IMG/VR virus record: IMGVR_UViG_3300034069_000634
Span: 1-64,000 of that record
DNA: 64,000 bases
Reading direction: 5' to 3' (one strand)
DNA from: a virus
Part shown: piece after piece, positions 1-8,852 of the stretch
How the letters are laid out: each line of letters begins with the position of its first letter
Position numbering within the stretch: the stretch's first letter is position 1
The notes under the pieces: generated by a model
What the model saw: only the letters and a program-made list of their open reading frames with translations
Told to the model about the DNA's origin: nothing
The model's database searches: none
Position numbers and translations under genes: made by a program

Positions 1-79
1 AGCAACTCTCTCGACCGGCAACGGCCCGTAACGTAAACGTAATCACTCACCAGGGGCGCCGGTCGGCCGGCGAAGGGAA

Positions 80-1594
80 ATGCTACCGAATACCGGCCTC
101 AACGTCTCGGATTTCGTCCGGACTTCTGTCACCCTGAGCCCATCCGCGGCGCTCTATCGAAACTTCGGCGTCGCCGCGATCCTCGGCTCGACCCCGGGGA
201 TCATCGATACGAACGAGCGCCTCCGGTACTATTCCTCGCTCGAAGGCGTGCAGCTCGACTTCCCGGTCGGATCGCCCGAGGTGATCGCCGCGACGACCTA
301 CTTCTCGCAGGATCCGCAGCCGAACGATCTCTATATCGGTCGCTGGGCTCAGAACCCGACGCACGGTCATATCCGTGGCGCGACCCTGTCGCCGACGCAG
401 TCGCTCGTATCGAACTTCAACACGATCGCGAACGGATCACTGAAGATCCAGATCGACGGCACGGTTCAGACCGTGACCGGGATCGATCTGACGACCGCGC
501 TGAACAATAACGGCGTCGCGTCCCGGATTCAGACTGCTCTCGCTGCGGTTGCGGCCGGAACGACGGTCATTTGGAACGCTTCGTATCGCCGCTTCGAAAT
601 CGCTTCCGGCACGACCGGTCCGACCTCGAACGTCGGCTACGCCCAGGCCTCGGCGACCGGGACCGACCTCGGCCCGCTCCTTCACCTTACCTCGATCGAT
701 GCCGGCGCTCCGGTCGTCGGTCAGGTCGCGGAGAGCTTCCTGTCGGCCGCCGCTGCTCTCGCTGCAATCTCAAACGCGTGGTACGCGCTGATCCCCGCGT
801 CGGTCACGCCGCCGACCGATTCCGACCTCGTCGCGGTCGCTTCTATGGTCGAGGCCCTCTCCGCCTCGCAGTCGCGCATCTTCGGCGTGACGCTTCAGAA
901 CGCGAATGTCCTCGACATCGCGAACGACGCCGACGACGCTTCGACCTTCATGGACCTTGGGCTGTCCCGGACCTTCTCGCAGTATTCCTCGGGCAACGCC
1001 TACGCGGCGGCCTCCCTGTTCGGTCGCATTGCGACCGTGAACTACGAGGGTTCGAACACGGCGATCACGCTTGCCTACAAGCAGGAGCCGAACGTTCCGC
1101 CGGAGAACATCAACGAGAACCAGTTCTCCGCGCTCAAGTCGAAGAATTGTAACGCTTTCGTCAAAGTTCGGAATAACACGCAGATCGTGTTCCCCGGCAT
1201 CATGGCGAACGGCGACTATATCGACGAGCGCGTCGGTATGGACTGGTTCCAGAACCGTCTTCAGACGGATTGCTACAATCTCCTCTACGAGACCCCGACC
1301 AAGATCCCGCAGACCAATGACGGGATGACTCAGATCAAGACGACGATCGCCGCGGCCTGTCAGGTCGGCGTTGTCAACGGCCTGTTCACGGCCGGTGGGA
1401 TCTGGACTGGTCCTCCGGTTGGAACGCTGAAGACCGGCGACACTCTGACGACCGGATTCTATATCTATGCTCCGGACGTCGCGACGCTCTCGGACGCCGA
1501 CCGTGCGGCGCGGATCTCGGTCCCATTCCAGATCTGCGTCAAGCTCGGAGACGCCGTCCATATCATCAACATGTCGGCCTACCTCGACCGGTAA
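80..1594 (+). CDS. contractile-tail sheath-like protein (DUF3383-like)
   Basis: 504-aa ORF. It is first in the order sheath/tube/chaperone/tape measure. The N-terminus resembles DUF3383 phage sheath-like proteins (from memory only). Overlapping alt-frame and antisense ORFs are GC artefacts. Confidence 0.6.
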   Translation: MLPNTGLNVSDFVRTSVTLSPSAALYRNFGVAAILGSTPGIIDTNERLRYYSSLEGVQLDFPVGSPEVIAATTYFSQDPQPNDLYIGRWAQNPTHGHIRGATLSPTQSLVSNFNTIANGSLKIQIDGTVQTVTGIDLTTALNNNGVASRIQTALAAVAAGTTVIWNASYRRFEIASGTTGPTSNVGYAQASATGTDLGPLLHLTSIDAGAPVVGQVAESFLSAAAALAAISNAWYALIPASVTPPTDSDLVAVASMVEALSASQSRIFGVTLQNANVLDIANDADDASTFMDLGLSRTFSQYSSGNAYAAASLFGRIATVNYEGSNTAITLAYKQEPNVPPENINENQFSALKSKNCNAFVKVRNNTQIVFPGIMANGDYIDERVGMDWFQNRLQTDCYNLLYETPTKIPQTNDGMTQIKTTIAAACQVGVVNGLFTAGGIWTGPPVGTLKTGDTLTTGFYIYAPDVATLSDADRAARISVPFQICVKLGDAVHIINMSAYLDR

Positions 1595-1619
1595 GCCGTA
1601 ACAGACAGAGGAACCCGAC

Positions 1620-2078
1620 ATGGCCGCACCTATCGCTTATTCGTTCAAGGACGTCTCTGCCACGATCAAGGGTCCTGGCGGATCGTTCTCGCTTTCCGAC
1701 CAGGGTGTCGCAGACGAAGGCATCACCGTCGCGATGATCGATGACAAGACCTCGATGGTCACGGGTGCATCCGGCGACGGCATGCACTCGCTCCACGCGG
1801 CGAAGGCGGGTCGCGTCACGATTCGGATTCTTCAGAACTCGCCGAATCGTAAGCGCATCAACGACATGTACAATTTTCAGTCCGAGTCTTCGGCTCGGAC
1901 CGGTCAGAACACACTCATCGTCTCGAATCCGGCCTGGGGCGATGACCACGTCTGCCAGTACGGCGCTTTTGTAAAACAGCCCGATTTTACTAAGGCGAAG
2001 GATGGCGGTATCCTCGAATGGGTACTGAATTTCATCTACGTCGACACAGTGCTCGGAGACGGGTCGCTGGCGACCTAA
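1620..2078 (+). CDS. tail tube protein (DUF3277-like)
   Basis: 152 aa with a GAGGAA SD upstream, directly after the sheath gene. Size and the YSFKDV..GPGG..DEGITV pattern fit DUF3277-type tube proteins. Confidence 0.6.
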   Translation: MAAPIAYSFKDVSATIKGPGGSFSLSDQGVADEGITVAMIDDKTSMVTGASGDGMHSLHAAKAGRVTIRILQNSPNRKRINDMYNFQSESSARTGQNTLIVSNPAWGDDHVCQYGAFVKQPDFTKAKDGGILEWVLNFIYVDTVLGDGSLAT

Positions 2079-2093
2079 TCGAGGGCATCGGCC

Positions 2094-2522
2094 TTGAACT
2101 TCGAGCATGAGTTTACGATCCGGGGCGAGACGTACCGGTGCAAGAAGATGAGCGGGATCGTTCAGGTCCACGTTCTGAAGCGAGCGGGGCCTGCAATTGC
2201 CCCGCTCATCTCTGCGGCGAAGCATGGAATCAGGGACGATCTCGTCGACGAATTGATCACCGGACTGTCGAAGCTTGATGACGAAGCGACCGAGTACGTT
2301 CTGACGAAGTGTCTTTCGGTCGTGACGGTCAAGCGCGATGGCGGATGGCCGAAGATCCTCGCCTCGGTCGATCGGCTGGAGTTCATGTACGACGAGATCG
2401 GCGATGACGCCTATCTCATGCTCGCGATTGCGGTTCGAGTGATGGGGTTCAATTTCGAACCGCTTTTTCGCGAAGCCCTGTCGAGTTTGTCCGACGGGGC
2501 GATTCAGATATCCCTTCGGTAG
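2094..2522 (+). CDS. tail assembly chaperone (gpG-like position)
   Basis: 142-aa ORF between the tube and tape measure genes. A -1 frame stays open from 2408 to 2704. Confidence 0.5.
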   Translation: MNFEHEFTIRGETYRCKKMSGIVQVHVLKRAGPAIAPLISAAKHGIRDDLVDELITGLSKLDDEATEYVLTKCLSVVTVKRDGGWPKILASVDRLEFMYDEIGDDAYLMLAIAVRVMGFNFEPLFREALSSLSDGAIQISLR

Positions 2523-2533
2523 ACTTCGTCTAC

Positions 2534-2704
2534 ATGCCGAACGGAGAGGAGTGGTATTTGAAGCCGATCGATCTCGGCTTCTATACCTACTCCCAGCTTA
2601 AGGACGGCTCGATCTTGATCGAGGACATCGCGGAGATAAACGACTACATTTCCACAGCGAACGAGAACCAGGGGCGCTTGCGGGCGGCGATGAAGAGTGG
2701 CTGA
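2534..2704 (+). CDS. 56-aa ORF in the -1 frame between chaperone and tape measure (frameshift extension or coupled small gene)
   Basis: The translation looks protein-like (MPNGEEWYLKPIDLGFYTYSQLKDGSILIEDIAEINDY..). It is too short for the ORF track. Its stop overlaps the GTG start of the tape measure gene. Confidence 0.35.
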   Translation: MPNGEEWYLKPIDLGFYTYSQLKDGSILIEDIAEINDYISTANENQGRLRAAMKSG

Positions 2705-5174
2705 CAGCGTCCTCAAATCCTATCTCGTCTCGCTCGGATTCAAGGTCCAGGGTGGGAACGAGTTCAAGCGATCCCTCAAGGACTATGAGGACGCGGTCGT
2801 CCGCGCCGAGAAGGCGATCGAGGACGCGCGCTGGGAAGGCGCGAAGACGGCCGACGAGATCGCGAAGCTCACGCGCGAGACGAACCTCAAACTCGCGCGT
2901 GAAGCTCTGGCGAAGGCCCAAGAGACCAAGAAGGCAGAGGACGAACTCGCCAAGAAGCGCAAGGCCGATAACGAAGCCCTGATCAAAGGCTTCGAAAAGC
3001 TCGCGATCGCCGCCCTCGCCGCCGCGACGGCGATCGGCTACGCGATGACGAAGATCGTCGGGTCGTTCGATAACCTGTACTATCAGGCCGAGCGCGCCGG
3101 GACCTCGGTCCAGTCTCTGAAGGCGATCGGCTACGCGTTTTCGCAGACCGGAGGATCGGCACAAGCCGCGCAAGCCTCGGTCGATTCATTCACGACGAAG
3201 ATCCGTAACAATCCCGGCCTCCGGCAGTTTGTCCGTCAGCTCGGGGTCGATGACAAGCTCCAGGGTGTCGACAAGTACCTCGCGACGCTGGAGGCTCTCC
3301 GGAAACAACCGCCCGAGATCGGACACCAGTTCGCCGAGCAACTCGGGATCTCTGAGGAGAGCTTCAATCAATACATGCGTCAGGCCGACGCGATTAAAGC
3401 GTATCGCGCGCAGTATGACGGTCTGCTGAAGTCGTTCGGTCTCGACACTGCGAAGGCCGCAGAGAACTCGGTCGTCTTCGAGCGCGCGATGGGCAAGCTC
3501 CGCGCGACGGTCTCGATTCTCGCCGAAAAGCTTCTTGCCTCACTCGCCCCAGCGATCACCGCGATCATCGACCGCTTTCAAGCGTGGGTCGAGGCAAATC
3601 CCGGCGCGCTCGACAAGATCCTGACGAAAATATCGACGGCGCTTATCGCGGTCGCGGAGGGGATCGCGAAGTTCATTGCGCAGATAACGGGCGATGATGG
3701 CGAAGGATTCATAAAGCGTTGGGATGCATTTATTGGGCGCGTCACAAAGTTCGCCGAGACTGTTGAGCGAGTTGTTTACGGAGTTGAACGTCTTCTTAAG
3801 TTTTTGCATTTCCTTTCCGATACAAACACACCGCTTGGAAGTGCAGATCGTACGATCAAGGCTCTCAACGCAATCTCCGGCGGTACGGCTGCGCCCGACG
3901 CGCCGGGCGGGTTTCGTGCGGGCGGGGCGCAGTCTGCGGCAGAGGGCGAAGACAAGCGGACGTGGCTCCAGCGCAACCTTCCGAAGGCCCTCGGTGGTCA
4001 GGATGCGCCTGGCGCTGGCACGCCGGGAGGTCGGAAGATCAAGACGACCTCGAAAGATATCGATCCGGCAGTCGAGGCCTATATCCGAAAGGCCGCGGCG
4101 GCGCGTGGGATCAACCCAGATACCGCGGTTGGGATCGCGGACGGCGAGGGCCTCGGCGGGTCAACGTATAAGAATCTCACCCCTGGAGACTTCAAGAACG
4201 GTAAGCCGACGAGTTTTGGCCCATTCCAGATGCACCGCGGCGGCCCTGGAAGTGTCGGGACGGAGTACGAAAAGAAGACCGGACACTCCGTCGACGATCC
4301 GAAGTATCTCGAAGAGCAAATCGATTTCTCGCTCGATTGGGCGAAAAAACATGGCTGGGGCGCGTGGTACGGGCGCAAGGCTCATGATATCGGCGTCGGT
4401 GAGGGCCTGAACTGGAATCCGAATGCGCCACCGAGCGACAAGGCCACTCCGGAAGCCGGTAAGCAAATCTCCGGAAATATTGCGCCGACGAATGGCGTCG
4501 GCGGCCTTGAACAGAATCAGGCCGGTGCGACCTATCGGAAACAAGCACTGACCGAGGCGCTTCAAAAGCAACTCGTTGCCGCGGCGAAAGAGACCGGCGT
4601 TAACGTCGATACATTCTCGGGCGGCCAGGATCCCGATCACCAATACGGCAGCACGCGCCACAATCACGGAAACGCGGCCGATCTCCGGCTCTACACGATG
4701 GGCGAGGACGGGAAGCGGCGCTACCTGAACCAGAACAACGAATCCGACCGCGCCATAATGGAGACGTTTCTCCGGAACGCGGTCAAGAACGGCGCGTCCG
4801 GAATCGGCGCTGGCCCCGGCTACATGGGTCCGGAGAAGATGCACGTCGGCGGCGGAACGCCGTCAGCCTGGGGTGCGGGCGGTTCTTCAGCCGCGGCCCC
4901 GGATTGGGTTAAGCGCGCCCTGAAGAACGGGATGGAGGATCGGAAGTCCGGCATTGACGTGAATGCGATGACGAAGCCCGCGACCCCCGCCGGCATCGGC
5001 CCCGGCGCGACATCGACGAATTCGACCGACAATCGCTCGATCACGCAGCACATCGAGAACAAGACGACTGTGACCGGCGTCGACCGACCGGGAGATCACG
5101 CGCGTGTTATAGACTCGACACTCCGCGGGGTTCATCAAATGAGCCTCGCGAACGCTCAGTCCGCGCTCGCGTAA
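2697..5174 (+). CDS. tape measure protein with lysozyme-like and M15-peptidase-like modules
   Basis: 825 aa with a coiled-coil, Ala-rich N-terminal half. GIADGEG..FGPFQM (SLT-like) lies near 4080-4260. STRHNHGNAADL (SxHxxGxAxD, M15-like) lies near 4650-4690. Confidence 0.8.
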   Translation: MADSVLKSYLVSLGFKVQGGNEFKRSLKDYEDAVVRAEKAIEDARWEGAKTADEIAKLTRETNLKLAREALAKAQETKKAEDELAKKRKADNEALIKGFEKLAIAALAAATAIGYAMTKIVGSFDNLYYQAERAGTSVQSLKAIGYAFSQTGGSAQAAQASVDSFTTKIRNNPGLRQFVRQLGVDDKLQGVDKYLATLEALRKQPPEIGHQFAEQLGISEESFNQYMRQADAIKAYRAQYDGLLKSFGLDTAKAAENSVVFERAMGKLRATVSILAEKLLASLAPAITAIIDRFQAWVEANPGALDKILTKISTALIAVAEGIAKFIAQITGDDGEGFIKRWDAFIGRVTKFAETVERVVYGVERLLKFLHFLSDTNTPLGSADRTIKALNAISGGTAAPDAPGGFRAGGAQSAAEGEDKRTWLQRNLPKALGGQDAPGAGTPGGRKIKTTSKDIDPAVEAYIRKAAAARGINPDTAVGIADGEGLGGSTYKNLTPGDFKNGKPTSFGPFQMHRGGPGSVGTEYEKKTGHSVDDPKYLEEQIDFSLDWAKKHGWGAWYGRKAHDIGVGEGLNWNPNAPPSDKATPEAGKQISGNIAPTNGVGGLEQNQAGATYRKQALTEALQKQLVAAAKETGVNVDTFSGGQDPDHQYGSTRHNHGNAADLRLYTMGEDGKRRYLNQNNESDRAIMETFLRNAVKNGASGIGAGPGYMGPEKMHVGGGTPSAWGAGGSSAAAPDWVKRALKNGMEDRKSGIDVNAMTKPATPAGIGPGATSTNSTDNRSITQHIENKTTVTGVDRPGDHARVIDSTLRGVHQMSLANAQSALA

Positions 5175-5184
5175 GGAGGGATTG

Positions 5185-6006
5185 ATGCCTGTAACGGATC
5201 TGGTCGGCCCGGCCCTCGACGCGATCTCGGATGCGATCGCGCTGATCCAGCCGGTCGGCCGTTCGATCGGCCAGATCTATCCGGACGTCACGATCGAAGA
5301 AGGACATCAGGACGAATCGATCGTGACCGCAGACCCGGTCCAAGGCGGCGCGCTTGTCACAGATCACATCTTCGACCGCCCGCCGTCGGTCGTGATCCGC
5401 GGCGGATTCTCGAACTCGTCGGCCGGATACGTCGGCTACGTTCAGGAGCAATATCAGGAGCTTTTAAAGCTCAAAGCCTCGAAGACTCCGTTTTCCTTGT
5501 CCACGGGAAAGCGCCCTTACGAGGGCATGGTGATCCAGGCTCTCTCGGTCGTCACGGATCCCCATTCCGAATACGTGTTGATGTTCGTCGCGAACTGCGT
5601 CCACATCAACATCGTCAAGGATGCGAAGGCGAGTGATCCCTCGACTGCCGCACCGGCATCCGATCCGGCGAATCAGGCCGATCCTTCCGCGACGGCCGGC
5701 GTGTCGAACTCGGGAAGCGTCTCGACGTCACAGGTTGGCGAGACGGCGTTCGCAGGGGCTTTCAATCCTGGCGCGTTCTCAGAGACGCCTTCGACTGCGG
5801 ATCTTAATTCCGGGTCCGCGCTCGGTGGTACGCTTGGCGGCTCGGCGGGATTCTCTCTGTCTGGGGTATCTCCTCCTCCGCTTGCAACCGGGGAAGTCGG
5901 AGAGCTTACCGCGAGCGATCCGGCCGGAAACGCGCTTCCAGGGGCGACAGTGCCCGCTTCTCCGGGATACAACCCGTTCGCGACCGGCGCCTTCGGAGGA
6001 ACCTGA
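5185..6006 (+). CDS. tail protein, unknown function
   Basis: An AAGGAGGG SD precedes the ATG, right after the tape measure gene. The C-terminus is rich in Ser/Ala/Pro/Gly. Confidence 0.5.
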   Translation: MPVTDLVGPALDAISDAIALIQPVGRSIGQIYPDVTIEEGHQDESIVTADPVQGGALVTDHIFDRPPSVVIRGGFSNSSAGYVGYVQEQYQELLKLKASKTPFSLSTGKRPYEGMVIQALSVVTDPHSEYVLMFVANCVHINIVKDAKASDPSTAAPASDPANQADPSATAGVSNSGSVSTSQVGETAFAGAFNPGAFSETPSTADLNSGSALGGTLGGSAGFSLSGVSPPPLATGEVGELTASDPAGNALPGATVPASPGYNPFATGAFGGT

Positions 6007-6009
6007 TCC

Positions 6010-6333
6010 GTGGCGACTATCTTCGAGATCCCGCTCAAGCCCTCGACGCCGACGATCATGAACATCGTTCTCGGCGCGAACGAGTACAATCTCCGCTTCA
6101 CCTACAATAAGGCCCGTGATGGCGCCTGGATCCTTGATATCGCCGACGCGTCGTTCAATCTCCTCCTCGCGGGATTGCCGCTCGTCTCCGGCGATGACCT
6201 GTTCGCGCCGTACCGGTATCTCGGGTTCTCCGGATCGATGATCGTGACGACCGATCGCGGGACCGGCGAGGTTCCCGGGTTCGATGACTTCGGAGCGACG
6301 GCACATCTGTTCTTCGTTCCGGATGCCGCGTGA
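6010..6333 (+). CDS. small tail/baseplate-associated protein
   Basis: 107-aa ORF with a GTG start, tightly packed in the tail operon. Confidence 0.45.
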   Translation: MATIFEIPLKPSTPTIMNIVLGANEYNLRFTYNKARDGAWILDIADASFNLLLAGLPLVSGDDLFAPYRYLGFSGSMIVTTDRGTGEVPGFDDFGATAHLFFVPDAA

Positions 6334-7340
6334 TGGGTCAGCATTTTCTCCGCTCCGTCGAGGTCGAGGTCGGCGAGACGAAGTTCACCTATGATGGGAC
6401 GATCCCGGACGATATCGCCGATGGCCGCGGCCAGGGGCCAGGGCTTCGGATCCGATTCGACACGCATCAGCGCGACTCGTCGACGCCGAACTATGCAAAC
6501 ATCCATATCTTCAACGTCTCGGAATCGGCCGCGGCACCGGCCCTGAAGCGCGGTGTCCAGGTAAAGCTTTCGGCTGGATACGGCGGCGAGGTCGTGGAGA
6601 TCTTCAAGGGTCAGGTCCTCCAGGCTCGGACGAACGTTCGGGACCGGCCGGATGACCCGAACACCGCGCTCGTCATCCTCGCGACCGATTCCGGGATCGC
6701 TCGGAACTACGCTGTCGTCTCGAAGACCCTGGCGAAGGGTCACACGCACGATGACCGGGTTCAGGCCTGTCTCGATGCGCTCGGGACGATGGGCGTCTCG
6801 AAGGGTTACGTCGCGACCGAAGCGCTCTCGAAGACCAAGTTCCCGCGTGGGATCGCGTTGTTCGGGATGGCGAAGGATATCCTCCGCGCGACATGCGGCG
6901 CGACACAGACCTCATTCTCGATCCAGAACGGGAAGGCGCAAGTCCTTGAGAACGGCAAGGCACTCCCCGGAGGTGCGGTGCCTCTTCGCGCTGACACGGG
7001 GCTCCTTGGGCTTCCGGTCCAGACGATCCAGGGTGTCGAGGCTCGGATGCAACTGAACGGTCGGATCGTCGTCGGTTCGACCGTGTCGATCGATTCGAAA
7101 TCAATTCAGCAATCTTCCTTCTCGCCGGCATACGGCTCGGCGGTCGAGAATTACTATCTCGATTCGGCTCGCCTCGCGACGGACGGGATCTATAAGGTCT
7201 ATGTCGTCGAGCACGCGGGAGACACGCGCGGCGCGTTCTTCGAGACCCAGATCGTTTGCATACGGAACGGCGCGCTCCCGAATCCGGCCCTTGCCTCACG
7301 GCTCGTCCCGCTCCCGAACACGCCGACGACAGGAGGGTGA
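6330..7340 (+). CDS. baseplate hub-like protein (gpD / Mu gp44 position)
   Basis: 336 aa with a start overlapping the previous stop. The call rests on its position upstream of the spike gene. Confidence 0.45.
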   Translation: MMGQHFLRSVEVEVGETKFTYDGTIPDDIADGRGQGPGLRIRFDTHQRDSSTPNYANIHIFNVSESAAAPALKRGVQVKLSAGYGGEVVEIFKGQVLQARTNVRDRPDDPNTALVILATDSGIARNYAVVSKTLAKGHTHDDRVQACLDALGTMGVSKGYVATEALSKTKFPRGIALFGMAKDILRATCGATQTSFSIQNGKAQVLENGKALPGGAVPLRADTGLLGLPVQTIQGVEARMQLNGRIVVGSTVSIDSKSIQQSSFSPAYGSAVENYYLDSARLATDGIYKVYVVEHAGDTRGAFFETQIVCIRNGALPNPALASRLVPLPNTPTTGG

Positions 7341-7342
7341 TC

Positions 7343-7984
7343 TTGGCCGATCAGAGCGCATTCGACATCCGCGAGCGATATTCCGATCCCGACGAGATCA
7401 TGGAGACGATGAAGGATGCGGTCCGTGCCCAGAGCCGGACCTCGATCCCCGTCTCGGTCGTCGAGGATTCCGAGGACGGCCACACCGTGAGGCTTCAGCC
7501 GCTCGTCAAGGCGATCGTCCGGAAGCCCGATGGGACAACCGAGGCCGTTCAACTTCCGGTTCTACCGGATATTCCGATCCACCATTCCGGCGGTGGCGGC
7601 GTTACGACGACCCACGCACACAAGAAGGGCGACGAGGGCTGGATCGTCGTCTCGGACGCGTCGATCGATGCGTGGCATCAGCAAGGCGGCGTCCAGGCTC
7701 CGCCCGATACCCTGTCGCACGCGATCTCCGACGCGGTCTACCTCCCCGGCGTCCGCTCGGATCCACGCAAGCTGCAAGGCGTATCGAAAGCCTCGACGCA
7801 GACTCGGACGGACGATAAGCAATCGGTTCACGACGTCGGCGACAAGGGCGTGACGAGCGTCCGCGGGACGTCCGTCGTACAGGCCACCGACGATGCGGCG
7901 CGGCTCCAGAAGAACGGTGCCTCGACGATCGTTGACGGGATGACGATCCAGAACGTCGCCGGCAAAATCCTGATGAATTGTTGA
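7343..7984 (+). CDS. baseplate central spike (Mu gp45 / Gp138-N-like)
   Basis: The region IPIHHSGGGG..KKGDEGWIVVSDASID resembles Gp138_N/gpV-type spikes. The start is uncertain: TTG 7343 after an AGGAGGG SD, or GTG 7337. Confidence 0.55.
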   Translation: MADQSAFDIRERYSDPDEIMETMKDAVRAQSRTSIPVSVVEDSEDGHTVRLQPLVKAIVRKPDGTTEAVQLPVLPDIPIHHSGGGGVTTTHAHKKGDEGWIVVSDASIDAWHQQGGVQAPPDTLSHAISDAVYLPGVRSDPRKLQGVSKASTQTRTDDKQSVHDVGDKGVTSVRGTSVVQATDDAARLQKNGASTIVDGMTIQNVAGKILMNC

Positions 7985-7988
7985 GACG

Positions 7989-8852
7989 ATGGCAGGCGGT
8001 ATCCCGTTTTCGCAAGCGCTTCAGATCATCGGCGGCGTCCCGCTCCAGAAGGTCGGGAGTGTCTTTGCGGAGAAGCTCTCGATCACGAAGCGCCTCGACG
8101 GCGGCGCCGTCGGCGACCTGATGAAGAAGGTCATCGCGGACGGCAATCTCTCCTCGATCCTTCAGAACCCTCAGGCCGCGATCACGAACGCGATATCCGG
8201 GCAACTCGGCGGGCTTGCGTCGCAACTCGGTAGCATTCCCGGGGCCTCGGGTCTGATCTCATCGCTCACCGGATCGACTGGGCTCGGTTCCGTCCTGTCG
8301 ACGTTCCAGGCGGCCGGGAACACGCTCGCGGGTCTTACGGGTGACGGCTCGGGGTTCTTTACCATGCTGGCGCACGACGCGACGGCACAGATGGCCGGAG
8401 AGGCGATGCCGGCTTCGGCACTGACCTCGGTCGTCACAGCTCCGCTCACGGCCTCGGGCCTTCTCGGGTCGATCCAGACTGTTCTTCCCCAGATCGTCGG
8501 TCAGGTCGTCGCCGGCACGCTCGACCCGACGACCGCGCAAGCCTGGGTCGATGGGGTTGCCGCGCAACTCTCCGGCATCGTTACGGCATCGAACGACGCG
8601 CTCGCTTGGTCGGCCGCGAATCACGTCCGGATCGCCGCCGTCGCGACGATCGGCGGGGCGCTTGCCGTGCCACCGGTCTTCGATAGCGCCGGAAATCGCC
8701 AGGAAGGGGCCGCCACGGGCTTTCAGGGGGTTTTGCAGTCGCTGGTACAGCCGAGCGCCGTAGGGCCTCTGTCGGATGCCCTGAACGCGCTCACGGCCGC
8801 GAAGCGCTACGATCCGGTCGATCCGGACGATTACACGAGCCTGGAGGGGTGA
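7989..8852 (+). CDS. Gly/Ala/Ser-rich structural protein
   Basis: 287-aa ORF in the baseplate block. Its TGA overlaps the first bases of repeat element copy 1. Confidence 0.5.
   Translation: MAGGIPFSQALQIIGGVPLQKVGSVFAEKLSITKRLDGGAVGDLMKKVIADGNLSSILQNPQAAITNAISGQLGGLASQLGSIPGASGLISSLTGSTGLGSVLSTFQAAGNTLAGLTGDGSGFFTMLAHDATAQMAGEAMPASALTSVVTAPLTASGLLGSIQTVLPQIVGQVVAGTLDPTTAQAWVDGVAAQLSGIVTASNDALAWSAANHVRIAAVATIGGALAVPPVFDSAGNRQEGAATGFQGVLQSLVQPSAVGPLSDALNALTAAKRYDPVDPDDYTSLEG

Noticed and set aside
1-46. CAACTCTCT(C/A)GACC ... AATCAC string upstream of the sheath gene, also seen at 61815-61860 upstream of the protease/scaffold gene. Considered as a possible late promoter.
   Set aside because: There are only two instances, with unrelated sequence between the two short blocks. 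The octamer AACTCTCT also occurs inside the repeat elements. This is too little evidence.
770-1621. 283-aa antisense ORF, one of many long ORFs opposite or out of frame to the structural genes. Other examples are 9360..10397 (-), 44061..45161 (-) and 58012..58986 (-).
   Set aside because: The translations are Arg/Pro/Gly-rich and low in complexity, as is typical of stop-poor alternative frames in high-GC DNA. They fully overlap ORFs with recognisable phage protein motifs and proper operon coupling.
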